DNA of 63,401 bases, the filler included, from Nemertoderma westbladi (taxonomy: Eukaryota; Animalia; Xenacoelomorpha): NCBI GenBank assembly GCA_032718475.1. It is 3 parts of 3 records of this genome, joined end to end, with 100 filler letters (N's around TTAATTAATTAA, not from the genome) between each part and the next. Parts side by side here need not be neighbours in the genome. Positions count along the whole stretch, not along the records: positions 27,248 to 58,990 come from JAUCBJ010007919.1; 2 more parts are not named here. One strand, written 5' to 3'. Below the pieces are notes generated by a model. It was not told the DNA's origin and made no database searches. It saw nothing but the letters and a program-made list of their open reading frames with translations. Each line of letters opens with the position of its first letter. Positions within the stretch are counted from its first letter, which is position 1. This document shows, in pieces, positions 43,358 through 54,280 of the stretch. The translations under genes and the position numbers were made by a program.

Positions 43358-43610
43358 TTAAAACAGAATAGAATAAGTATTGCGATTTTAAACAACATTA
43401 TATTTCAATTAAACGTTCCGTTTGAATTAATTGAAATATAACGTTGTTTAGAATCGCAATACTTATTCTATTCTGATTTAAAATACACAATGTTCTAGAA
43501 CATTTTGTTTATCTCATAAGTAGCTTGGCAACAATGCAATGCCTATATGATAATACTAGTATATAAATATTCATACATAATCAAAATGTTCTAGAACATT
43601 GTGTATTTAT
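43358..43610. repeat. Two adjacent short palindromic elements
   Basis: cagaatagaataagtattgcgatt..aatcgcaatacttattctattctg (~43365-43475) and aatacacaatgttctagaacattttg..caaaatgttctagaacattgtgtatt (~43482-43607). Confidence 0.75.
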
Positions 43611-43799
43611 TAAATAGAATAAAAGGCCTGCAGCGGAAGCAAATACATGCAAAATTCGAATGCCCATATCGCAGCTATTTCCCAACCAAATTCAATTATT
43701 TTTACATATTTGGAATCCTTGAACGGTCAGCTTTCCACTAATACCAACAAATCACTAAAAGTTTGAAGAATAACTGCGATGTAACTGGTGCAATATCGA

Positions 43800-44003
43800 C
43801 GGAGACACCTTTTTCAAACGCTTGTCGCTAAATAATGAAAGCGAAAATAAAAATTCTGACTCACCCAGTCAGTGGTCGGGAGGTGAAACTATCTCTGTTT
43901 CAAATTTCATGCAATCTCATTACGATTTGTAAAAAAATTTGGGGGGGGGGGGGGGGGGGGGCGGGTATCTGAATAACGACACTATATTCCAGGACATGGT
44001 GTA
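43800..44003. repeat. Interspersed repeat end, inverted copy of ~27623-27830
   Basis: tacaccatgtcctggaata..(C)n..gcatgaaatttgaaacagagatagtttcac is shared in opposite orientations. Confidence 0.7.
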
Positions 44004-45370
44004 GGCCTATACTAACTGGTTGGCTATGGCTATATAATAATATGTTACTTAGGATATCAGATTAATATCACATGACTAGGATATTTATGGAAAAAATATG
44101 AAAACTTGTTTAAAAATACAAAATAATGATAATATATCGGCTTGAATATAACAATTATTATTGTAGAAACGAATGAACGAAAAAGAACTTCACAAAGGAG
44201 TAACAATGCTAATTAATTAGCACCATAGGATGATATTGAGCCCTAATGATTGGCTAAAGATAATGATTTGAACAATCCTAATCCTAAACAATGAAAACCC
44301 AGAATAATGCTATAATTAATTAGCACCTAATATCGGGCCGAGGTAGGGAATGAATCGAAAGACGGAACTACGACAATCAGAGCTAATAACTATGGGAATA
44401 ATAATACAAAAGGTAACTGGAAGCGCTACAATTAATTAGCACCATTATTATGGTAATGTTGGAGTCCAATGATTGGTTAACTACAATGTTTAAATCAATT
44501 TAATAATGCTAGAATTAATTAGCACCAAACGACGTAGCCCAATGATTTGGCGAATAGCTAACGTTAGCTGTCTCTATACTACCGGTACAAGAACAATGCT
44601 ACAATTAATTAGCACTAATATAATATTGCCGAAGCCCAATGATTGGCTGAAGGAATAAAAACTAAAAACAACAATTATTTGTATAAACCGGTAAAATCTA
44701 GATATATATTGCGATAAAGAGTGGAATAGAACAGAAACTGAGCCTTTGAACAGTAACTAACAACCGTATAGATAGTTTTACAGGGAATGGAAATTATTTC
44801 AAACAATGTTCCTCAAACCGATAAACTACTAAAAACATTGTTAAAAAACCAGAAGCAATACACTGGCTACGTAGTGAACTTGGTTAAATACAAAACTGAA
44901 CTATTTTAAACCAAGATGCAACAAATATTGCAAGCCAATATGTTCCGAAGTATAAATATCAAGTTCCTGAAATCATAAATAGAAAATTTCTCAGAAAAAA
45001 ATATATATTAGTTTATAACAAAAATCCACAAATTAAAAACTGTTTATAATTTATTATATGAAATCCAAATTGTTACAAAATTGTATCGGACGAAGAAAAA
45101 AAAACGAAACAGTGGCGAACACTTAAAATTGCAATTTTCCCAAAGGGCATATAATTAGTTATATATTTAATATATGTACAATCTGGGGACTACAGAATAT
45201 ATTACTAGATAATACTTATATTGCTATACAGTCGCATTAATAAGATGCATAGAAATGGTGGAAACAACTAGGTATTAACAAATCTCCCGTATCAATAAGA
45301 GTACCGGTACCTATCTCTATACAGTACGAATTTATATACCAAAACATTCTCAACCGGCTGCATTGCGGCT

Positions 45371-46444
45371 CTAGGAGGGTAGATATGGGTTGACGCGGGT
45401 GGGTGCGCGGAATTGGGTGGGAGTGGGGGGCTGCAGCGCGGCAGCTGGAATCCACGGCGTCGAGGAATGCGCGGATCCTGGGAACCGCGTTCGGTAATTA
45501 GCGATGCGACGAACGGCCGGCCCGGCGCTGTAAAACTTGTTGCTCTTCCGGTAGAGGTCCGGAGATATGTGCACGATGGGGGGCGACAGGAATACCGGCT
45601 GGTCGTAGACTGGGGCCGGGTGGTACACCCCTAGCGGCTGGGGTTGGAGTGGCACCGACTGAGCGCCCGGGTGAGCGAACACCTGCTCGTGCTGGGCGCT
45701 CATCATATCGAGTAAGTGCTGCTGGTATTGTTGCAACTGCATCCCGAGCAGAACCTCCTGGTTGGGAACCGGTAGCGGTGTGGCTGGAGGGGTGAATGGG
45801 CTCGCGTTGCCACAGCGTTGGAACGGGCTGCCGGCCACAGGGGGCTGCGCCGCAGCGGCGCCCGACAGCAACCCAGAATGGTTCGGGCTGCAGGGTACAG
45901 ACATGGGCTGGGGGGAGGGCTGCGGCGTGGCGAACGAGGGGTAGAGATAGGGTTGAGTCGCCTGGGACACCGGGAGGTAGCATACTGGTAGTGAGATAGC
46001 CCCGGGTGGGAGACCCCCATGGACAGAGGCCTCGTTGACGCAGCGTTTCCTCACCGCCGGTCCGATGTTTAACTTCTTCTCGTCTATATAGATGCTGTTT
46101 TTAGCCTCGTTGTCTTCCTGCAGTTTTATGCAGTCCTCGTGTCGCGCGAATGTCACGAACGCGTATCCCTTTGATATTCCAAGGTTGTCCCGGATTATTT
46201 TCGCCTCCTGTAATTGTCCGAACTTAGCAAAAGCACTCGCTAATTTCTGCTCGGAGGCGTTGTAAGGAACCCCGCCGACGAAGACACGTCGGGGGATTAC
46301 CGTGCCAGATCCGTCGCCTGCCGGCGGAGGGGACCGTAAACCCGGTGGTAGAATGGTTGGGGAGGATGTTGAGAAATAATGAGGGGATCCGTTGGAATCT
46401 ACAGCAGCGGACGCGGGAATGCTGGTGACAGTTTGTTGCTCCAT
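45371..46444 (-). CDS. BOLL: Boule/DAZ-family RRM protein; single open frame (first ATG at 46444, an upstream exon is possible)
   Basis: GTVIPRRVFVGG (RNP2), SKGYAFVTF (RNP1) and KKLNIGPAVRK, the Boule-type RRM signature, followed by a Pro/Gln/Tyr-rich tail. Confidence 0.85.
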   Translation of the reverse strand: MEQQTVTSIPASAAVDSNGSPHYFSTSSPTILPPGLRSPPPAGDGSGTVIPRRVFVGGVPYNASEQKLASAFAKFGQLQEAKIIRDNLGISKGYAFVTFARHEDCIKLQEDNEAKNSIYIDEKKLNIGPAVRKRCVNEASVHGGLPPGAISLPVCYLPVSQATQPYLYPSFATPQPSPQPMSVPCSPNHSGLLSGAAAAQPPVAGSPFQRCGNASPFTPPATPLPVPNQEVLLGMQLQQYQQHLLDMMSAQHEQVFAHPGAQSVPLQPQPLGVYHPAPVYDQPVFLSPPIVHISPDLYRKSNKFYSAGPAVRRIANYRTRFPGSAHSSTPWIPAAALQPPTPTQFRAPTRVNPYLPS

Positions 46445-47998
46445 ACCTGTTGCAGGTAGTACTGTTTTACAACCAAACAACAGAACGGCTGTACGCGTAT
46501 GGTGGAGGTGGATGGATAAGCCAGTAGGCAGGTAGGCGGATTCAAACTGTGGGAGTCTAGCACTGTCTGGCTGTGGTTGTATGGTCTGCTATCAAGTGTA
46601 ACCAGGTAGAACGTGATAACAATCTTAACAACAAGTTACAGAGTTAATAATAGACTGACAGAAGTTCAAATTTCTGAAGTTATTGACAGGCTGCAGGGCT
46701 GATATTTTTTTTTATTAGGAGCCCGGGGATACTTAGGGTGAGTGAGGGAGACTTGAACCCCAAAAGTTATAATCGCTCTACAGAACAGATAAATGAATTT
46801 TTCAATGCCGTTTTAACTTTTTCACATTACATTTATGATTGCTATCATTATGTGAGAGTTTGAGAATTTCAACTCTTAAACTTTTTTAATTAAACCAATT
46901 ATTTGTATTTTAGAAAAAGCGTCAATGGGGGGAGACTTGACACCTAGGGTGGGAGACTTGAACCCCACCTCGCATTCTTGTAAATTCGTTCAAAACTGCA
47001 TAACAGCATAAGAAATGTAATAATTACATGTTCAACATGTCTATTTTCTAGTAGAGCAGAAAAATTTCAAAAAATGCGATTGTTAAATTGTTAAATTATT
47101 ATCCAAAATTTTATACAAATTTAGGTGGTCGTTCACATGGTTCTCCCAACAAGAACTGAATAAATAATAGTTCATTAAAACCGCATTACAATTTAACTCG
47201 GGGAGGTACTTTTTATTAATGAATATCTTGTATAATTTTCAATCCAGGCACATATTAATTGTTTTCCTGTAATTCTATTGATGTGTGCTGCTTTCTGACG
47301 AAGTGGCATCTTGTTTAAGCTGTCAATCACCCAGTTGATAGGCTACTAACTATACATACATTGCAAAGAAGGAAGGAAGAGTTGGTTGGCTTGGCTTGGG
47401 TGGGTTTATCAAGGCCTCTCTCTCTCTCTCTCTCTGGCCACTCCATTGTATTCACATTCCATTGATAGCTTGGTCTGTGTAAGTGTCAATCAACTATTTG
47501 GAGTACTCTGGTTTATTGGTTCTCTACGTGGGTGTATCTCTAGGTAGACGTAAGCATTGAAGGCTTCAAGTCTTCCTCACACTCGGGCGTCATGTCTCCC
47601 CCAGTGGCGGATCTAGGATTTCTCCAAGTGAAAAAAAATTATACATCATCTATTATAGAGACAGCAAATTTGAACACTAGCAGACTAGTGTATGGTGGCC
47701 CATGGCTGCCACTATAAAACTGTTGATAAAATATTTAAATAATAAATAAATGGAAAAAATATCTTGAAAAAAAAATAATTAAAAAAATATCTTAAAAAAA
47801 ATAAGTAAAATAAAATATCTTAAAAAAAAAATCTCAGTAAAAAAATCTTAAAAAAAAAGGTAAAAAAAAACTCACGAAAAAATTTCCATAAAAATAAGTA
47901 CTGTTAAAGAAAAAAAACACCCCACGTGGCCCAGGGCTGTCATCACCCCATAATCAGGTAACAGTTGGCCCATGGCTGCCATTAAAAACTACTACACT

Positions 47999-49527
47999 GT
48001 ACTACTACTAGGTCGAGCGAACTCGGACAGTGGAAATGAGATCCTTCCAGGCTTCCCGATTCTCCATAGTTGTCGCAATTTCGTTTCTCCCAAGTTCAGT
48101 ATCCCTTTCAAGTTGATCTATATATGTTATGGCAGGTCGTCCACGACTACGCTTTCCACGAGTTGGTTGCCAGAGAAGTAGATTTGGTATGACCTCGTCT
48201 TTACTTCGCCAGCAGTGACCACTGAATCTTAATCTGCGTTCACGGAGGGTGGTTGATACAGGTGGTATTGTACCATAAAGCTCGGCGTTTGTCATGTGTT
48301 GTCTCCAGCTGATGTTTAGGGCTGCCCTTAGTAGTCTTGTGTAGCAACCATCAATTCGTTGTTCAAGTGATTTAGTCAGTGTCCAGGTCTCACCCCCGTA
48401 TAAAAATACACTTTCCACTGTGGCTCGAAAGAACTTGGTCTTCAGGTGCCTGGAGAGATCTGATTTCCAGATGGTATCCATTTTTGATAGAGCTACCCAA
48501 GCCTTTGCTTTCCTAACTTCTATGTCCTTTTTGCTACTCTCTATCCATGATCCAAGGTACTGGAAGTCATCGACCTTCCTTAGTTGATTATTATCAATGG
48601 TTGTCAAGTTTCCATCAACATTAAATAAAGGTCATGAATTCGGTCTTGGTAGCATTTATATGCAATCCAACCTCCTTAGCAGCCCTCTCAACTTTATTTA
48701 GTAGAAGCTGTGCATCTGCTAGCGTATTAGAGAGCAGGGCGATGTCATCTGCAAAGTCGGTGTCTGTGACTGTAGTTGCCGGATATCTACTACTTCTGCA
48801 TTCTTGAAGTGTGAATCCCAGATCTTCACCCTTTGTGGCCGTCCTCATTGCGTAATCCAGCACAATTACAAATAGTAATGGTGCTAATGTGTCACCTTGC
48901 AGTACTCCAGCCAGGATTGAGAAAAACTCAGTTTCACCATCTGGTGAGAGTACCTGCGCTTCTGTGTCAAAATATAACAATCCAATGCCAGCAACAATTA
49001 CTTCTGGTATTACATAAGCTCTTAGGATTTCAAGCATTTTACCTCTATGGATGGAGTCGAATGCCTTCTTGAAGTCCACAAAAGTCATGACTGCGGGGAG
49101 ATTCTTTGACTTAATTCCTTCAATCAGTCTCCGAAGTGCAAGTATCTGAGCTATTGTTGATCTACTTGGTCGAAATCCGTTTTGGCTCTTACGCAGTAGT
49201 TTCTCTATGTGAGGCCTAATCCTATATAGAATCATTTTATTGTATATTTTGGCAGCTACCACAAGCAGACAGATCCCACGATAGTTTGTTGGTATGCCGA
49301 GGTCTCCTTTCTTGGGGAGAGGCTTTAGTTGACCTTTAGTCCAAATTGGTGGTGGCTTTTCCCCTTTTAACATCCGGTTGCAAACATTCAATAATGGTCT
49401 ATTTAGCACTCCGGTTTTCCATACCTCCGCTGGGATTTCATCTAATCCACTCGCTTTATTATTAGACATGCTTTTAATGCTTCTTTGGAGTTCGGCAGGT
49501 GTGAAGTCCCCTGTTTCTATAGGTAAT
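47999..49527 (-). mobile_element. Second RTE family, 5'-truncated, inserted in the left TIR
   Basis: RT motifs NYRGICL, QNGFR, VDFKKAFDS, GVLQGDTLAP, DFADD; frameshift near 48615; (TAG)n tail; approximate TSD attaaaaa(a)cta. Confidence 0.9.
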
Positions 49528-49640
49528 TATTAAAAAACTAATATAATAATAATAATAATAAAATAACCCTTGTGGCCCAGGGCTGCCACTTGTCGATTCT
49601 CATTTAGAGAGATCTCATTCTGGTTCATTAAATTGTGATT

Positions 49641-50942
49641 ATGGAAAGGAAAATCCGCAAGGAAGATGGTGATCTGCTGGCTAATATTGAACATAAACTG
49701 GCGGCTAAGCGTATAAAACGACAATCGGATCGGCATGGGACGAAATTATGCAAGGGTTCCCGTTCCGGTACTGGAAGTGCATATTTGAATGATCAACGAC
49801 TTTCAGAATTTGTAAATCGACAAGGTAAATATGCTACACTTGGTAGCCGTCATTTTGTATGATATAATTATCATGACTTTACAATAGTAGAACTAAAGAA
49901 ATCATGTGAAGAGTATTTTGGGGAACCTGATGGAACTTGTGATGTCCTTGCCACCGACAGGGGACCCAGCTGCTTGGAGGAAAATCAAATTCAAGGTAAG
50001 AAAGTGTACTATGTTCGATTCTTATCTGAGCCTGTGACACCAATTTCAACCAAAGTTGACTATACCGGTACCGGTCCTTCTGGAAGCAATAATTCGGAAA
50101 TGTCACCCGCTTCTATCAGTATCCAAAGTGTCAAAAAACCAGTGTATCCTAAAAGTATCCCATTGTCGAAATTACTTAGGGCCGGCATGTTAATGCCTAG
50201 TACATCGGCTAATAAACTAGAGGAGTGTGATATAATAACCGAAGAATTTAATGTTACCAGCGGTACGTGGTGTTTTAATAAATCAAAAGAGTACAAAGTA
50301 AGCATGGAATCCTTTGCTGAAGGTGGATTTAGGCGAGCTTATGCTGCGTATAATAGCGATATGTCTGCGAAATTTGTTATTAAGAAGTATACTACGGAAT
50401 CTTCTGACTTGTTTAAGGAAGAATTCGGATTGGATAAACAACAACATGCACGAAAACAAGTACAAATGCATGAAGTTGCATCTGCCCTATGTTCATCTTG
50501 GGCCAAGAATCTCTCTGATACCTATTCTGAATGCGGGCCATTGTTGAAATATAACAAAATATGGCTTGGTCATATTGGGGAAGAATGCTTTACTATCGAA
50601 GATTTTGTTGAAGGTGATTTTATAAAATACGTCAACAACGATGGAAGTTTAGTTTCCATACCACCTGTTGAATCGGAAGACCTCCTTGACTGACAAATTA
50701 AAGCTGAGTCGTTTACCCACTATTCATATATCCATTCTAAGAAGAAGTTAATGGTCCTTGATATTCAAGGCGCCAATTATGACCTATAAGATCCTGAGAT
50801 ATCAACAATGGTACTGGCGGAAGAGGATAAATAATTTTATTTTTGTGCTGGAAATTGCAGTGTTGTTGGAATCGCGACTTTTCTTAAGCAGCACAAATGC
50901 AACAAATACTGTCAGTATTTGGATTGGGTTACTGAGGAGTAA
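49641..50942 (+). pseudogene. Alpha-kinase (eEF2K/MHCK/ALPK fold), 433 codons in one frame with four premature stops
   Basis: FAEGGFRRAY, FVIKKY, IEDFVEGDFIKYVNNDG, ESFTHYSY, VLDIQG, DP, AGN and HKCNKYC; stops at 49860, 50691, 50787 and 50832. Confidence 0.88.
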
Positions 50943-51211
50943 GTGACACTAACTGTTTTGTGGTACGAAGAGTTACTCAAGTTTTCTGTTTATTGTGTTT
51001 GTTAGCTTTATAGTTTAGTTTTTTATATTTATAGTTTAGTTTTTTTAGATTTATAGTTTAGTTTTTTTTAGCTTTATAGTTTAGTTTAGTTTAGTTAGGG
51101 GGGGGGGGGGGGGGGGGGTCACTAATTAATAAAAAAAATCGATTTTTCAATTACAATCCCCTCTAGTGCAGATTTTTATGTAACCACAACTGTTTATTTA
51201 TATACTATTTA

Positions 51212-54200
51212 CTAAACATCACTATTTATCACATAAGTTTTCAATTCTATAAATGTTTGCTGAGATGTTGCAATTGTGACGCGATTGAGGGTTTGAAGAT
51301 AATCCTTACAATATTCTTCAAGTGCAGAGTTTAGCAATAGCAGGGGATGCTTTACCTTCAGTGTCTCTGCTGCTTCTTCTAATCTTTCGACATCGAGGTC
51401 TAGTCCCTGTTGTTCACTCCCGTAAGACTCAGGATGGTTGAAAATGTAGTCTGGGATACCTGAAAGGAAAATGAGCAAACATATCTAAAATTATATAGTA
51501 CCATGTATTAGTAGACTATTGGAAACTAACTGTAACTAGTACAATTACCCTCTGATTATGCAACTGCCACCCTCACCAAACACTATTGCGACCCAACAGA
51601 TTCATCTAAAATCCAAACAGGTGTCACAATTGTCCTAACTTCCCTACCACTAACCTGTTGGCAAATCAATTTTCTGTGCACATATCCTATGACTATTCCA
51701 TTCTTTGATGAATTTATCAAGAATTTCTTGAAGCACAGGTAAATACACCATTGCCATTAACTGTCGATCAACTTGACTCCCTGGATCATAATTGTGACAA
51801 TGAAGCAATTCCCTCAGTTGGTCATTCAACACACCCTCAACCCGGTCTGTCAACTCCCTCCACCAACGCTCTATCTTATTCGTAGTTGATGGACCATAAA
51901 TTATGCTCTCCGATGCATCTTCAAAAACATCTAGAGTTTCAATTAAGTATGCATGTAAAGTCGCGGCCTTACCCATTTCAGTTCCACAATCAAAGCGGCA
52001 GTAAATTGGGATCTGATTAGTTTCCTTGAGCATTTCATAATATAAGTTGCTAATAACGATGGGATTTGAGTTAGAATAAACTGCCTTGCACATTAGGACT
52101 TTCCTGGAGTATGTATCCAAGCATCCATAAATTCCTATAGGAAAAGTTGAGTTTTGAAATCCAGAGTTTGTCATGGCCATCGAAACTTAGCATAAACATT
52201 GGACCATCGGATGTGAAATTTCCTTTCTTTCTCTTCTTTTTAAATCTTGGCGTACGATGTGCCATTCCTTCAGGGTCAACCGCTTTCATAACTGCATGCG
52301 TTACCTTACGTGGAATTTTTATGTCATGTTGTACTCGAAGTCTTTGATTGACTGCGCGATACCCCATGTCTCGACAGTTTCCGTTAAGTTCATTTTTCAC
52401 TGTTTGTATTATGTTATCCAAATTTTCTGCGTAATTGATATATTTAACTTCAAAAAATCGTAATCGTCGATCGGGCGTCCTTAAGCTCCAGTCATAATAA
52501 TTAAATTCGTCTTTCACAAACTTTAAAATCTCTTTTCTGTGGAAGTTTTTCCTAACTAAATCCTTAACCCTATTAAACCCAGAGGGGGGTCAATATGACC
52601 CCCCCCCCCCCCCCCCCCCCGTGGTTTTTTATTATAATTCTGAAACAAACGCAGTTGGGAATCTGAAATTTTATGACTTTTCCTAAAAATCTATTGTCTT
52701 CCTAGTAGTGAAAACCGTTTTCAAAAATATTGGGTAGTTTTCGAGTTATAGCACCATTTTTTAACCCTACTTTTGGCACTTTTTTTGAGACGTTTTTTGA
52801 AAATTACATTTCATTAAATATGAATTGTAACATCTCTATTTTTGATTTACACCGGTTTTTTTGTGTTAGTTAGCTATTGGATGGAATTCATATAAATTGA
52901 TTTAGATATTTCAAACTTGTTTTTTTCGGCGGGTGCCAAATTTTGGTGCCAGCACCAAATTTTGAAATATGTCAATTTTGTTAATTGATTGTTTGAAACT
53001 TGTCTTTTACGCAAATTGGGGTTTTTTGGGGTTCTGGTTTCGATGAACATGAAATATATACGAGTTGCACCAAGCGTATCAATCTTGTATTTTTCGGTGC
53101 TGTGTGCAAATTTTGGTGCTAGCACGAAATTTTGAAGATCCATTCAATAGATAAAATTGCTTGTGAGCAATTTATTTCTTGCGTTTTAGAGGTTTATGGC
53201 TGTTCTGAATTCAATGGAATATATAATTATCGAACTAGACATCTCAAACTTGCATTTTCCGGATAGTGGGTGCAAAATGTGGTGCTACAGTAGCACCAAA
53301 TTTTGAAAACCATCAAATATATCAATTGATTTTGTCATCTTGTTTCTTGCGTTATACGGGTTTGTGAGGGTTCTGAATTCAATGGAATCAGTAAAAATTT
53401 CATAAGAGTTTTCAAATTTGTATTTTTCGCTGGCGGGTGAAAATTGTTGTGCCAGCACCAAATTTTGGAAAATATCAAATTGATCAGTAGATAGCATCAT
53501 CTTGTTTCTTGTGCTATACGGGTTTATGGGGGTCCTGAATCCGATGGAATCAATAAAAACAGCACTGGACATCGCACACATTACTTTTTTGGTGATGGGT
53601 ACGAAATTTGGTGCTAGCACCAAAAATTTGCATAATTACGCCGAAAAATACAAGTAGCTATGATCTGGCATATTAGAAATGTATTCCATTAGAATCAGCG
53701 CCCTCGAAAACCTGAAAATACGAATTTATAGCATCGTATAAGTGAATTAAAAATTTTGTGTTCTAACTGAAAAGTGCTGGTTTCTTGTTTTTTTCATTTT
53801 TTTCCTACGCAGAGAGGACTAAACAGCCATTTATAGTAATCATATTATTTTTAAATATTTTCCAATGTATTTTATACCCCAAAAAACCTGTATTGAAAAA
53901 TAATTAGAAAAAAAAATTATTTATAATTTAAAAAAAAATTATTAGTAATAAATAATAAAATAATTGAAAAATTAATATAAAATGTAACTTTCAAATTTTG
54001 TGAAAATTGTGCACTACTTGTAATTTTGGTGCTGCAATATAACCACCCAAGTACATTTTTTCTAAAATTTTTTTTCGGTCGGATCCATACAAGTGATACC
54101 TACGTACAAACAAAAAATCAGACGTTTTCGTAAATATTTGTAGATTTTAGAGGGGGGGGGGGTCCAATATGACCCCCCCCCCCCCCCCGGTATTTGTACA

Positions 54201-54280
54201 ACATTTTATAGCCCGGTACTAATAGGGTTAAGTTTAGTTTTTAATACAACATCACTTTGCCAAATACACGTAGTCGCCAT
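51212..54280 (-). pseudogene. Integrase-core DDE transposase (IS3EU-like), with one intron, one frameshift and a piggyBac MITE insertion
   Basis: ATG at 54280 MATTCIWQSD..KLK|DLVRK..WSLRT; SFDGHDKL, IYGCLDTYSRK, RFDCGTE, GPSTTNKIERWWREL, WNSHRI; GT-AG intron 51460-51654. Confidence 0.82.
52568..54227. mobile_element. Non-autonomous piggyBac-type element
   Basis: TTAA TSD (52564-52567 and 54228-54231), CCCTATTA/TAATAGGG ends, internal diverged tandem units; excision restores the transposase frame. Confidence 0.88.

Noticed and set aside
45413-46020. Several overlapping alternative-frame ORFs within boule
   Set aside because: Expected by-product of a GC-rich coding sequence; no motifs.
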